A stretch of 64,000 nucleotides of DNA from Fistulifera solaris (Eukaryota), in the NCBI GenBank assembly GCA_030295235.1, contig AP026126.1, positions 1,798,001 through 1,862,000 of the forward strand, written 5' to 3'. Below, in pieces: positions 23,853 through 37,922 of this stretch; the stretch's first letter is position 1, and each line of letters starts with the position of its first letter. A program made the translations under genes and the position numbers. Below the pieces are notes generated by a model. The model searched no databases. It was not told the origin of the DNA and saw only the letters and a list, made by a program, of their open reading frames with translations.

Positions 23853-24283
23853 CATGACTGAAATTCAGTCGTGGCCAAATACGAAGACACTTCATTGCGT
23901 GCAATAGTAAAAACCGCTCCTCAATTTTGATCGAGCTGCGAATTGCACATGTAATTCAATGTGAGTTCAAGGAGCGAAGATAACAAATCCATTGCTTGAA
24001 AACGATAACATCATCTCAGAAATGTGAGAAGCACAAAATCGAGCAATGCATTGTTTGGTTCATGACTAAAATTCAATCGTGGAGAAAGGTCGTCTACATT
24101 TCGATCTACAGTAAAATGGCAATGATCGATCCAGAACGAATTTTGACATCAATACCCGAGATGTCAATTGCAAATGTGACACATCATGACTTTAAGACGC
24201 TTTGATTTGCTTGAACAGGAATAACATTATCACGGAGATGTTAGAAACACAAGAACGAGCCATCGACTGTTTCGGTTCATGAC
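23853..24283. repeat. Degenerate ~210-bp tandem duplication in a divergent intergenic region
   Basis: catgactRaaattcaRtcgtgg at 23853 and 24061; aattgcaNatgt at 23941 and 24166; acacaa...gagc...tgttt..ggttcatgac at ~24032 and ~24247. Confidence 0.65.
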
Positions 24284-24500
24284 GGTCAAATACGATACCG
24301 GTACGATATTGTATTCCATACACTCATTCCCGCTTCATTCAACGCACGGCGGGCACGAGCGATGCGGTGTGACACTTTTGGATTTTTTTTTCTTGCGTGA
24401 ACTGCCTTTTGTTACGTGCTAAAAGGAACGTCCATGTATTCAACCACAAAATAATGTTTTGCCTGCTTCAATATTCATCTTCATTTACCTTTTCTAAGCT

Positions 24501-27500
24501 ATGACTTCCCCCGGACCACAGACTGAAAAGATGTTGCAATTCGACACAGACGCGCCGACAGTGCAGGACGATCCGAAAGTATCGTTCGCGAGTAACGTGA
24601 GCACAGCGGAAGATTCGTCGAATCCTTATAGTAACAACACTGTAAGGTCCCCGGGTCCTATTGCTCCCTACAATTCGACTGATTACGGAGAATACGTATT
24701 ATCGGATGAAGATTACGAAAAGTTTTGGTTGACGGAGGAGGACGAAGAAGATGAAGCAGAGCTCAGACCCTCGCACAGTAACCTTACTGACACGGCAATA
24801 CAGGACAAAACAACTGCGGACGAACCAACGCTGCGCTTCCGATCGTATTCTCATGGTGATATATTGTCGAGACAGATACTCGCTACAGCGTCGGATGATG
24901 ACATGGCGGCGTATGCCGACGATGAGAGTGAAAAACAAATCAGCAGTAGTTCGACAACACTCCGTATGACCAATAAGACGTCACCGTCCAAGAAAAGCAG
25001 TCGTCTATCATCTTCTTTGACCTCACCCAACAAGAAGCGAAATCACACGCGATCGGCATCACTCAATGCAAAACCCTTTCTTCGTTACTTACGGAACTTT
25101 AAAGTCGGCCGAGAGAAACGTGACGCTGAAGGCAAAGAAACAGACGAGGATATGCCCAACGTGCACCGCGTGGTGGATGCTGATTCTTCCTCGTCGTCAC
25201 CTTCCATGCCCGATGATGGATGCGTGGACGATGAGGATGAAGAAGAGGAAGCAGGACAAGTTAATTTTATTCCGGCTGGTGCTAGTGAATACGATTCGTG
25301 GGATGAAAGTAGTTCTCTTGAACTCGATGAAGACATGGCACCCACAGCCGTGCATGATTGGGGGTCTCTTCCCCCGTTACCGAACAAATTCATTCCCAAT
25401 CCAGATCCCCGTGATACGCAAATGAATACTCGGAATATACCTTACTTGGATGCGGATATTCTGGAGGAATCCGAGCAAATGTCGAAACTGGATGCCAACA
25501 TTTTTGTTTTAGAACATGCTTTGCTGTTGCGGTCGGTCATGCAGTTGCTCATTGAGCGAGATCATATTGGTGTGGAAGGAAGTGTTGATGATATGGACAA
25601 TATAATCAAACGAGGGCCACTGAAGAAAACAACGTTCGCTGTAGGAAAACGAGGACACAAGAAAATTCGAGCGACTTGGGGTATAAAATACGTGGAGTTG
25701 CGTCGAGGAAATCTAACGTACTACGGAGATAATGCTAAGAACGGAGAGCGAAAAACTATTCACTTGCGACAGAAAGAAGCCGTCGTTCAAGAAAATACAG
25801 CATTAGATAGGGGCACCGATGGTTTTCCATTTGAGCTTTTGGTACAGGGCAACCCACCGCGGTATTGGATGGCGCGTTCCGAAGAAGAGCGACAGTCATG
25901 GATTAGGGCGATTGAGGCGGCCATGATTGGAGACGAAACGAGATCCACTCGTTCATTGGACCTGACACCTTACAGAATTTCTATCGATGCCTCGAGCAAG
26001 TTGAAAAGCACGCTAAGCCATGCTGCCACGAAAGACTCTTACATCAACGCGATCAAACATGTAAAAAAAAGAATTAGGGATTGATCAACCTCTTCAATTA
26101 CCTGTGCAATGGTTGAAGCAGCAGATGCAGCTGGAAACTAGCAAGGAAGAAGATACGAATCGAAATCCTTTAACTCGTCGAAACGTTCCACCCGATCGGG
26201 TCATCAAATTTTCGTTTCAACAATTTTGGAAATCGATGCACCAGTTAAATGCTTCGATCAATGGATTTGAAATACCACCTTCAAGTCCTGCGGCGCCAGA
26301 GCGGGTAGTCGGCTCCTTGACTCGATGTATATTGGAGTTTGATAAGGCAAATCAAAATCACAGTAACATACACGGCGCATCCAACGAAATATCTGAACTA
26401 CAAGCTGTCTCCTATGCGAGAATCATCCTGTCGTCAGTGCTGCAATCCAAAAAGGAAGGAGTTACTTTTGATGTGCTTCACCACTTTCTGCAACCACAAA
26501 GCGATGTGATTTGCATTTCTCAGGAACTTGAAGACGAAGCTGAATCGGCAACGCATTTTGAAGTTTCATTTGCCGGAGATGACCTTCCTGAGGATCTGTT
26601 TTTAGAAACTGACTATGAAAAGGATCAGTCAAGTTGGATATACCTAGCACGACGAAGGAACAAAAAGTGACAGTCCCCAAGAGCCGCTGGAGACGTCGTT
26701 ACGCTGTATTGTCAGGCGCGGTGCTGAGTTTCTATGAAGCTGCCACGCCACGTCCTCATGGTCTTCGCGGACAATTCGTGCTTTCTGGCCAATGCGAGGT
26801 TATTGCGCTAGAGACTTCGAAAGATACAGATGGATCGACGCTGGTTTCTCCCCGTGGGGATCTTCGATATGCTATTTGCATTTGCAGTCCTGGGGAGCAA
26901 GATTGTCTTTTGTGCTTTGAATATAAAGGGGATATGGAATCTTGGCAAGAAACTTTGGACCTACAAGTTCGAGCTTTGGCAGCTGCGAAGCAAGATACGA
27001 GTGAAGAGGTGATCGCATTATCTCGGCAAAAGAATGCGACTGGAATGTTGAAAGGTGCAGAGAGAGTTATAAAGGGCGCTGCTGACAGCGGTATACGTGT
27101 CGGTGGTCGTGTTATCAAAGGAGCAACTGATACAATGAAAAGTGCAACGGACGGCAGTATGAAAGTAGTGAAAAGAGCGACAGATGGTAGCATGAAAGCC
27201 ATGAGAAGAGCCACCGATAGCAGTATGAAGGTCATTCGCGGGGCTGTGAGAACATTTCGCTCAACGGGCAATCGTGACGAAGCCGAAGTTTCACATCCAA
27301 GAATCTCACGAGTCATACGCAAAGCGACGTCTTCACATTTGCTCTCCACTGCCACCGATTCAGGGAAGCGCGAGCCGTCAGTTCAGTGTATTGTACAGCG
27401 TTCTAGTACGTTTTCTATTCGATCGGCGCTGGCGAGAACAAAGCATTACTATGATGATGGTGACGATGATGAGGACGAAGACGACCACTGGCTGACGGTG

Positions 27501-27644
27501 CAAGTGACTTGGTATCAAGCGTTTCTCATGTCCGGAGGATCCAGTGGGAAGATTAACAGCGGCGACGCACTGATTGAACTTGACTTTGTTGACAAAGAAG
27601 AAGACACTGATGAAGAGTATGTCGGTGAACTAGAAGTATTGTAA
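24501..27644 (+). CDS. Protein with two PH domains and a disordered acidic N-terminus
   Basis: PH1: KRGPLKK...WGIKYVEL..GNLTYY...SEEERQSWIRAI. PH2: WRRRYAVLSGAVLSFY...MESWQETL. Frameshifts at A runs 26063-26070 and 26662-26666. Confidence 0.8.
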
Positions 27645-27806
27645 CTTATAGATGAAGACGTGTTTGTTATGATGTCAAGATAAAGCTGGAAAAGGTCCCT
27701 TTTTTTAAACTATGCCGTTTAGTTGAAAAGAATGTAAAAAGGAATATTGCGGCGAAATAGCAGCTTATCAGCAATGAATGCTCTAAAGTTAGTCTACCTT
27801 TTGTTA

Positions 27807-29076
27807 TTAGTTGCGAGCTTTGGTGGGATCCGTAAATTCTTTGTAAATAGCATCGATTTTGTCCATCGCATCACTATCCAGTCTCAGATCGTATGCTTTG
27901 ATGTCTTCGTGAAGCTGATTCAATGTTGTGGCTCCAATAATTGTGGATGCAACATTCTTGTTGTGATAGCACCAACTCAGGGCCAACTCGGAAGGAGTTA
28001 TACCGATGGATTCTGCTAGCTCCGCGTATCGATTCACCGCCTTTTCATTGAGACTACCCAAGTATCGATCCATGAATCCCGGAAACAACATCAAGCGTGG
28101 TTTCGCAGTGAGACTTTTCGTATCTCGGTATTTCCCCGAAAGAGATCCTCCCGCCAAAGGACTGTAGGGAAGCAATGCCACTCTATGATGATAACATGCC
28201 TCCGCCAACCCGGCCTCAAAGTCTTTGCGAACGACCAGGGAATACGAATTTTGGACGGAAACGATGCGGGGGTACAATTCGGGTGATTGTTTCGCCATTT
28301 CCACCATACTGCAAACTCCAAAAGGCGTTTCATTACTGACTCCCACATAACGAACTTTTCCGGCCTGAATTACCTCTTGAAGAGCCTCCAATGTTTCCTC
28401 AAACGCAATGGATTCTTTGAGTTGACTCGGGTCGAAATCGGGCGATCCGAACAATCCTCCCGTGTATCGATCCGGCCAATGGAGTTGCAAAGATCAATGT
28501 AATCAACACCGAGGCGTTTCAAAGAAGCGTCGACACTGTACAATATTTGTTCTTTGCTGAGTTCCGCCGGAGTGTTGGGTTCCTTTCGTGGCAGCCACGT
28601 GATGCGTTCCGATCGTCCCGCTACTTTGGTGGCGAGAATGACATCTTCGCGTTTTTCTCCCTTTGAGAAACGCGGCTACCGTTTCGTCGGTTCTTCCCTG
28701 TGTCTCAGCAGTCGTCGGAACTGGATACATTTCAGCTGTATCAATGAAATTGATACCATATTGATCAAACGCCGTGTTGAGTTGTTCGACTCCTTCTTCG
28801 AGTGTATTTTGCTGTCCGAATGTCATGGTGCCCATGCAAACTTTGGATACTTCCAAGTCACTCGTTCCTAGCTTACAATAGTCCATGCCTTTTTGTAATT
28901 CAGGGACTTGAACTGTTTTGGTAATTGTACCCGAATAGGCTCGGCATCTTTGGTAAAAACACGCCATTGAGGTAAGCTAATAGCTAGAAATAGAAAGAAT
29001 AATTCACTGCTTATTCTTACCTAGGGAGAACGGCTACGACAGTGAACCAGAAACGCTTGCTGCGTGGAAACTGCAT
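27807..29076 (-). CDS. Aldo-keto reductase, Tas-like
   Basis: LGTSDLEVSKVCMGTMTFG, FIDTAEMYP, LQLHWPDR, VGVSNET, QNSYSL, YSPLAGG. Frameshift at 28652-28656. First exon ~29021-29076 is inferred. Confidence 0.9.
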
Positions 29077-29495
29077 GATGTACTGCAAATAAGGCTTGTT
29101 GATGTTGTCAATTACGGAGCGTCTTTAGGTTTTTTGTTGGCATATAATAATGATAATTGGTCGATGGACGGTGACCGGTGACAAACGAGAAAACAGAAAA
29201 CGAGAGAGCGCGGATGACTCACTCGTCACTCAATTTCACCCGGGACTGGTCATTGGATCCACCGTCTGACTCTCCAACAGACTGTACATATGTTTGAACA
29301 GTAATGTGCGAAGGACTGTACATATGACATAAGATTGGCTCTCATGACTGGGACCTGGGACGGAGGACCGGAAGGAACAAAAAGTCCTCCGACTCTCTTT
29401 TTTTTTCATTGTTAAAGCATTGAATATTGAAATGGAGACGCTCAAATAACCACCCCTTGCCATAGTTTGTGTTGTATATCAATCATTAATCTCGA

Positions 29496-30730
29496 ATGAC
29501 ACCCACTCCTCCTATCCTACCATTTCTGTTCGAGAAGAACGAAGAGATCACAATGGTAAAAAACGAATCATCGCAACAAGAAATACCTGTTGCGGAAGAA
29601 GCAAACGAGGAAGATCAAAATGAAATCAACATTATTCAGCAAGACAGTCAAAGTGTAATGTCATTTGGTGAAGAAATATCTGCAGATGGTGAGAGTACAG
29701 TAGAAGCAAACAGCACAGATTTACAAAACGAACGAACGAATGAGGAACCGCGTACTGAAGAACCCGTTTCCAGTTTGATCATTCATCCGGACAGTCGACT
29801 CCCAACACCCAACATCTTTCATCCGGAACCCGATACCCACAGTTTGATGGACGAAGGAGCCAGAGTCACCGACAACGAAGACCACTTGGACTGCACTTCG
29901 TTTGTTTTACGACTATTGTGCTGGCCGATTATGATACCCATCTTGTTCATTACATTCTTGGTCTTTATTTTCTTTTCACGGTGCCTGCCGTCATGTTTGT
30001 CATCGGCATGACCTGCCTCTATTATTGTTGCACTCGGAATCCCATTCCACCGCGCGTACTTTGGGTTGCCATGTGGCAAGATGATTTTGTGACAGCTTCG
30101 GAACAGGAAGCGGGGAGCAGTCGAGTGGCGTATACTGCCGATCAATTGAAAGCCATGTGTGTGCGCAGGACACTGTTGAAACGGAAACCACTCGATGAGT
30201 CTATACGCAGTGATGACGACAAACAACTCATTGTGCATACATCGTACGAAACATTGATCTATTCGGCGCCACTTTCGGGTGACGCGAAAACAAAACCGGG
30301 CGAAGGAGAAGATGTCGCGACGATCCAACGTTTGAAACGAAGATTAATACAGAATGAATTGGATTTTGTTGACGTCGAACGAGGCGAAGAGAAGAAAAAA
30401 GGTGGCTCCATTGGAAAGTGTAGTGGGCATTCTCGGAAAATAGAAGGATTGGACGGCACCTTGCACTCCATACTAACAAACACGTCCAAGCATAGAAAAG
30501 CAGCGGACGACTCGGAATGGACACGAGAAGCGGCGTGTGATATTTGCTTACTGGAATACGAACCAGGGGATGTGGTGGCTTGGTCACACAATCTGGCATG
30601 CAATCATGCTTATCACGAAGATTGTGTAGCGGATTGGCTCGTTCGTAGTTTAACATGCCCGTCGTGCCGTCAAGATTTTATCCGACCCGAAGATCTAAAG
30701 AAAGAAAAGAAACGACGACACAATGCATAG
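29496..30730 (+). CDS. Transmembrane RING-H2 E3 ubiquitin ligase
   Basis: CDIC...CNHAYHEDC..WL....CPSCR. Hydrophobic segment at ~29900-30030 contains one frameshift. Confidence 0.85.
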
Positions 30731-30868
30731 ACGCTGACGTAGTTCGTAAAAATCGTAAAAATGCTATACGGAGTAGAATGTTTCGTTCACAATTCAGTGA
30801 TTGCTCAATCAATACAGAGTATTAGTTTGAAGTTGTCATTTTTGTCAGGTGCTTATGCTAGACCGTCA

Positions 30869-33455
30869 TTAGAGATCATTCATCGCGACAGAGAGCCGCC
30901 ACGCCCCGCGATTCTTGTCCCAATATTCCGCATCCTTGGGCTTTCGACCTTTGGGTCGTAAGAAGAACCCAGTAGAAGGATCCTGTTTGAGTGTCGCATT
31001 TGGTTTCATCCAACAAACTTCCGAATGTTGCTCTGATTGAGAATTGCTGGAGAGCTCTTCAAAAGGATGCCGAACAGAGTTTTTATTTTTACGGGACAAG
31101 GGAAATGCTGGATCAGGGCTACATACGATGTCAGTTTGCTGAGTGTTCTTTTCATCAATTTCTTCGCATTCGACGTCCAAACTGTCAGGGGTACTCTGGG
31201 TGTCGTCCAGAAGGATCGGATTAGATGGGCTGCTCCCTTGAGAACAGCCACCTTCCTCTCGAACTAGAGTCTCGTTGCTTCTTTCGATCTGAATAGCGAA
31301 ACTATTCACATATTTCCCTTTCAGTACTTTTTCGAGCTTTTCGCGTAGGCTATGAAGCTCAGCATCTTTCTTAGAGACTTCTTCCTCAAATTTGGCGGAA
31401 ATAACGGCGATTTGATCTTCTTGATCCTTTCGCATTCGCTGCATTTCCTCTTCGCACTCTTCCAGTTGCTCGGTAAGTTCGACGATCTTTTGCTCTCCCC
31501 GCGACGGACGGAGCTTACTGGCGCTGGCCACTGTGCCAGATGAGACCAGATGCTCCATCTGCAGCTTCATTTTCTCGATAATATCATCGTACTGTTGGCT
31601 CATTGCCCGCATCTGACTCTCCATCTCTTCGGCGACTTCATCGCGAACATCCGCTTCAATGGACTCAATTTGATCACGAAGTTGATCAACATCTGCTTGA
31701 AGTTCATTATTCTGGGTTTTCAACATCTGGTTTTCAACTTCAAGAACCGACACTTTCATCTTCAAGGAGTTGATCTCTTTTGATCGGTCGAGTTTGATCC
31801 ATGTGGCGCGTTCTTTTCATCCTTTTAACAAGCTCGGTGCGACTCTTTTTATGATTGACCGGAAAATTGAAAACATCAGACGAATTAGCATCGTGGTCAT
31901 CGCTGTTTTCCTTCCGCTTTCGTGAGGCATTGAACCTGTGCGGTGAGAGCTTTTTGATCACATTGACGATTTTCTGTGATAACGTGGGTTTCCCGGACAC
32001 CATTCTGTGACCGTTGTTGTCATATTCCACAGTCACAGCTGGGGCCGCCTTTTCTTTTGGAATAGAGCTGGTATCGATATTTCGCGCAACACTAGAGTAA
32101 GAAAGAACGTGTTGTGTTTCATCAAAGTCAGACGCTGCAGGATTAACATTGATGACCATGCTTGTCCGATTTGCATAGGGTCCCATCCAATGAGCGGCGA
32201 ACAAGCGCGTTAGTTTGCTGTCTCTCCACGGAATTACAGCGTTTTTCTTGTCACCAGCCGAGCTTCTTAGACCTTCTAAGCATTGATTGAGCGTCATAAG
32301 AGACATATTGATGTTTGCAGCTTCTTGTTGTCGCAATCCACCGGTGCGCTTACTTCGTTCACTCCCAGCCAAGTCAACGATCCACAGATTTGACTTGATA
32401 TTTGAGCTTTCATTCAATACCTGAATCTGGCAAATAGCGTGAGAACGACTGCTCTCCTTATTGATGGAATTCGTAGCACATCGACGATTTGTTTTTGCTT
32501 GAGAGATGAAAGTTAAGCCGTCCGCAAGCGACGGTACTCGATGAAGTGAAATAGAATGCAATGACTTCTTTAAGTGGGCCGCAGTTCTACCCGTCATGGT
32601 TTCTACGGAAAGTAAATCGAATATCTTTTCATTGTAAATCTCAAAGTATGACATGTGCAATGAAAGATACGGTGTACCGTTGTTGCCAGACAGCTCAAAG
32701 AGATGCTTCAGCGCGCGAGGGAGCAGTCCCCATGATTGATTGACACTTTCCGACGTAAGAGTTTTATCTGGTCCAGTAACGGTGTAGGTCTTTCCTGCAT
32801 TAGTTATGCCATAACAGAATACTAGGCCAGACTCTCCAGCTAGAACACCGTTGATGTAAGGCGAGACAGTGCGCTCATAGACGGCTTGCTGACTGGCGTC
32901 TTGAGCAAACACTTCAGCGAATTCGAACTCCTTTACGGTACTACTACCTCCAGCTCGAGCAACTTTGAAAGAGTGAGAGCTTGCTGGAGCATGAGTACGG
33001 ATCTTTTGTACACTTTTCCCAGCAACCGTCGTCTTGGGCAAGATCTCAATCGTATTGTCAGAATTAGCCGTCGGGCGGAGACGTAGATAAACACTGAAAT
33101 TTTTTGCCTCCGGTTCGCTTTCACTTTCAAAGGAATCAAATGGAAGTGTGTGTGGTGGCTTCATTTCGAATTCGTGGATCTTCTCCGCTACCGATAGTCG
33201 GAACGACCCGGGCTCGCTCTGTCCAGGTTTTGTGAGTTGATCAAATGTTTCTCCGAGATTCTTCTTGAGTTGTATCGTGTCATTCAATGTCGTATTTAAA
33301 TCGCGTTCAGACTCAAGAGAAACATTAGCGTCTGGAAAGTAGCTTACATCTTGATCAATTCGACTGTTGTTCAGATCGCTCTCTTCGTAGTTGATCATGT
33401 CTGGTATATCATTCTCTTTGTCCGACAGAATGCTACTTTCGTTGATTCTCTCCAT
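30869..33455 (-). CDS. Kinesin (kinesin-6/KIF20-23-like) with coiled-coil tail
   Basis: VYLRLRP, YGITNAGKTYT, FEIYNE, SSRSH, DLAGSER, IPWRDSKLT. Frameshift at ~31770-31830 before the coiled coil. Confidence 0.9.
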
Positions 33456-34241
33456 TCTATCCAAGAATCTAAACTTTTGCACGTTTAGCAATAAGGGAAA
33501 CAAGTGTAGAAGTTACAATGAAGCTGTGGATGATTTGCGTTGCACTCATTTACTTGTAATTCATGACCTTAAGACTTGAGAGCCGTCGGCCGGCTTTCAT
33601 CGAATATTTTAGCCCTAACAAAGGTTAAATGCTAATTAAGCAGCATTTTTGCTTTCACGTTTCACACATTTGAGAGCTCTGCACTATTTTGTGAATTGTA
33701 GGAATGATAGTCACTCCGACTCAACCCATTTTCAGTCCCGGAAATATTTTGTCAAATACTCCGTAATCATTATGGTACAATGCTGCACCCTAATGATGGA
33801 TTACAAACTGGTATAGGCTCGTACCACTCTTATGGTTATCAGAGATGTTCTAGAGATAATTGCTGAGAATGAATTTTATAAATAATCAGAAATCATATCT
33901 AGAGGGGTCTATGTTTAGCTCAGATATTCGTGATGCCTATTCAACCGATCATCAGGCCCGCTAGTGCCCTAGAAAATGACTGATCATAAGGATAACTGAA
34001 CCTAAAAACGGTGCTACAAGTAAGAAGAAGGATCTCTACAGTCGTTGTTACTGCTCTTCTCAGCTGCAGTGATAGCGGACGCATCATTTTTGTCTCAAGC
34101 AAGGCAAGTAAAAGCGAAAGTCTACCCCTAAACAAGCTAGAGAGTCGAGCTCCGATGCAAACGAAACAAACAAATATACATAATCAGAATACCAAGTTGC
34201 TTATCGTATTTCATATGAAATGTACGAAGAACTGCCATCCA

Positions 34242-35878
34242 TTACCAATCACCCGAGTCTCCACTTGCCGCCATCCCTAGTTTTGATGCTTCTCGCGCGG
34301 CGCGTTCTTCCAGCAATGCTTCATGCCGTGATCTACGCGCTCTATTCATTTTGTATTTTGAAGCCATATCCACCAGCGCTTGTTCCGTCAAATGTTCACT
34401 CTCCATTTCAACAAAGGCGTAGGTAGAATTTGTCGGCACAATAACATCCACGACGCCGCGGTCTCCTCCATATTTTGCGAATGCGCGTTCGAGTTCGGCG
34501 CGGCGATGATCGATATCGGACTGAGTAAAGATCTTCGATAGACCGCTGATGAATAGTTTTCGTGGGTGGACAGAATTGAATTGATTGACGCCTGCGATGC
34601 CTGACACGTCTGCTTTTGCCATGAGGCTTTTGTGACCCCACCAAACCTAGAGCAAACATTCACTTAGCTGAAGAAAAAACAGCCGAAACATTACAATATC
34701 CGATCTTACCTTGTAAACTGTCCATGATTCGGGACTACCATAGTCGTCCGTGGAAGGGAACTGAAGTACCAAATGTGACGCCGAACTGAGATCTTGACGA
34801 TGTTCTAGACGCAAGCAATGTTTGCCTTCAAGGAATACGTCAAAGCCATCACCATGGATTTGTATGATCAGGGTACACGCAGTCTGTCCGAATAATATGG
34901 GTACTTGTGACAAAGGGATTGCAAGTGCTTGCCCCCAGATACCTTCGTTTTTGTCATTTACTATCAATTGGCCACCTCGCTCGAACTGACGCGGATTGAA
35001 ATGAAATAGTACACTTTCAAACGAATCGTGATCGGGTACAGCCAAGTTCAAACTGAAGCGTTTAGAATCTGATGGTGCCATAAATTTGATCGCCAGAGTA
35101 TTGTTGTAGCCCGGCTTTCCTAAGTGGTGTACATCAAAGTTTTCCAGGTCAATGCAGAGCGCTCCATCGTTGGGAGCAAAAACACCTTCCGGCGGTGACC
35201 ACTTCGTTTCATTGTTATCAAAAGGGAAAAGCGTTTTGCCACGAGAAGGTGTAAGCTCCAGATTTTTCGAGAAATCGTGGGGTGGCGTTGACGCAGCAGT
35301 AATGTTCGCAATAAGTGATGTAGTATTCTCTTCCATATCGTCTGCTCGTTTTCGCTTGATGAGTGCCGGAGAATCATCCTCTTTTTCTTCGTTGTCTGCG
35401 CCCGGTAAGTGTTGAGCAATCAGCTCTTCTCGCTTGGCGTCGATAACAGTTTGCGCTCTCTTTGCTTCCTGAACCTCTTTGCGCAAAGCTGCGAGTTTTG
35501 CCTCCCGACGTTCATGCAAAGTTGTTTCATCACCGGAGTCTTCTTCGTCATCCTCGAGTTCTTCTTCTTCGTCATCGTCGTCATCATCGAGATCCTCGTT
35601 ATCAGAAAGATCATCCGCTGCTATTTTCCTGGCGACACGCTTTCTCTTACGCGCCGGTTTCGCCATTCTCTGCTGGAACTCCGCATCTTTCGCAGCTAGT
35701 TTCTCCATGGCAGCTTCCGTTTTCAACCGCTGTGCAATTTTCTCAAGTTGACGAACATGTTCATACATTTCGAGCAGCATGTCTTCCTCTTCAGTCGTTT
35801 TAAAGTCGTCCGGAACAGGAAGAATGCCGTAGGTCTTTGCTGATGCGGTGTCGGATTACGCCAGTTGCTTGCACTCAT
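34242..35878 (-). CDS. Galectin-like domain plus RRM fusion protein with basic/acidic N-terminus
   Basis: FSLNL..LFHFNPR..VN....WG galectin pattern. In-frame intron 34647-34709. RNP2 LFISGL and RNP1 TYAFVEM. Start at 35878 needs one frameshift; otherwise 35780. Confidence 0.8.
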
Positions 35879-36623
35879 CCTTGTACTGTTTTAAGTCCAC
35901 CGGACGCGTGATTGTACTCTAATCGTTTTGCTAGCAGCCTTTTTGGTTTAGTAAGGTATAAGCTTTGTATCTTATCTCGTTAATCTTTATCGACGCGTTT
36001 CATGACTGAAAGGAACCGCAGTCAAACCTCAAAACTCAAAACCCTGGGTGATAAAAAGAACGGGCCTGTGATGATGATCACTTTGCGCTTCATCTGCGCC
36101 AGTTGCAAAGATTCGCAGGCACAGGCTACGTGATGCTTCGTAGCTTTTGTACTGCATTAAGATTTTGTCCAGTAGAACTCATACCACGAACAATCAATAA
36201 TCAACAATCAAAAAGAACTTCTACTACTAGGTACCAGTATTGTACACACGATACACACTACGTTCCTCCAAAAGTCACAGCGTTTCGCGTTTCGCACTTC
36301 TACGTGATGTTCCGTAGAAAGTTGTACCATAGAATAGAAACTGCGTTCGTCTCGCAGTTTCAGTTGCTGCATCGTCATGTTGAAAACAAACAAGACGGAT
36401 TGCAATCCATTGTGTTGTTGCTATCTGGTGTAATGATTGATAGGATACGAAAGCAGTGAAGATTTAGTCCTGCTCTGTTATTCTGCTTTGCGCAAAGTGC
36501 TAAGAGTTTAGGCAATCTACGAGATAATCAGCGCCGAGTTCGAAACGAAGATTCCCTGCAGTCGAATTCGTTTTTAACTTTGTCCCAAACTTTCAAAACA
36601 TACAATTCAAGGAACCCTGCATC

Positions 36624-37736
36624 ATGAAATATCTACATAATGATGCCTTATCCGAGTTGACAACTTTTCTTACCGATTTGCCGCTGGGTGGAGAGATATC
36701 GCAACGGGTCCTCTACGGTCGATTGGAAGCATTTTCGATGAAGAGAGGATCCGATGATAAGAGGTATGCTTTCAAATTAGGAGAAAAATTCGTAGCGTCG
36801 CTTGAAACCTTCGCAACGGATGTTAGTGCATTGAAACAGGCAACTAGGAAGCGAAGTCAATCTGCCGGAGTCTTTGAAGAAATGTCCATGCCTCTGGCGA
36901 AAGTGGGAAGAAGGAATCGTTCTTGCAGTTTCGATACTACACATAGGGAACTCAAAGCTGAGCTTGCTGGGGTACGTCAACGCTCGGATCGAATGACTGA
37001 ACTGCCAGACTTTAGTAAAACGATAGTTATTCCCTCAGGGTTGGGCAATTTTGCTGAGCAGGGCACACGACGACTCATGGTAAGTTGCAGCGAATCTCTC
37101 CCTCCAGTCATCTTATGAGACTTCAATATCGAGGCTAATGAAAAAGCTTTTTTACAGACTGATTTGATTTTGACGCTAAATATGAGTTTCCCAGACTTCG
37201 ACTTTGCAGCGGTGCAACCGTCAGATTTCGTCAATCTTTCGGTGCAAAAAACTATGGATCGTATCAACAAACGCCTCAGCGATGTCGCATTACATAAAGA
37301 GACGTTTCTGAAAGATTTATGGACTACCATAGACTCTGTCATGAAGCTCAGTGAATGTGACGTCTTCTGCTACCAGCCAGCTGTATCCGATGATGGAGAC
37401 CCGATGGCCTTTTTGACACAAACGTTGACAGAGAATCATGTCCGCAACAACAGTCTGAATGTTCCGCCCGACGACACAACATCAGGGACTGAAAGCTTGA
37501 GCCAGCCTTCTATTACAACAATCTGGTCCTTCAACTACTTTTTCGTGAACAAAACCGCCAAGCGAATACTTCTATTTACCTGCGTCGAAATCATGAAAAG
37601 CCATCAAAGAGAAGAATTAATAGGTGATGACGATTTCGCAGTTTATGTGCCGTCTACAGCAGATGCGAACGAGACCGACTTTGACCTCGACCCCGACTCG
37701 GCTCCTGCGGGCGGTGTTTCCATTTCACTCTTTTAG
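36624..37736 (+). CDS. MAF1: Maf1 repressor of RNA polymerase III
   Basis: MKYL, GRLEAFSMK....DK, LILTLNMSFPDFDF, LWTTID, CDVF.Y, IWSFNYFF.NK..KRIL; intron 37080-37157. Confidence 0.93.
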
Positions 37737-37922
37737 GATCGAATGAAGACAAAGACAGGGCATTCAGCTCTGTACTTTCTGCTGGCGAAACGCCCCATAG
37801 GGTCACATTTGTATTCTAAACTCTTTATTTTTCGTGCATCTTGCATGCATTTATTAGTAGTTTTTTGAAACAATAATTTTTCCACCTATTCATTATTAAT
37901 CCAGCTAGAACTCGATAGTCGA

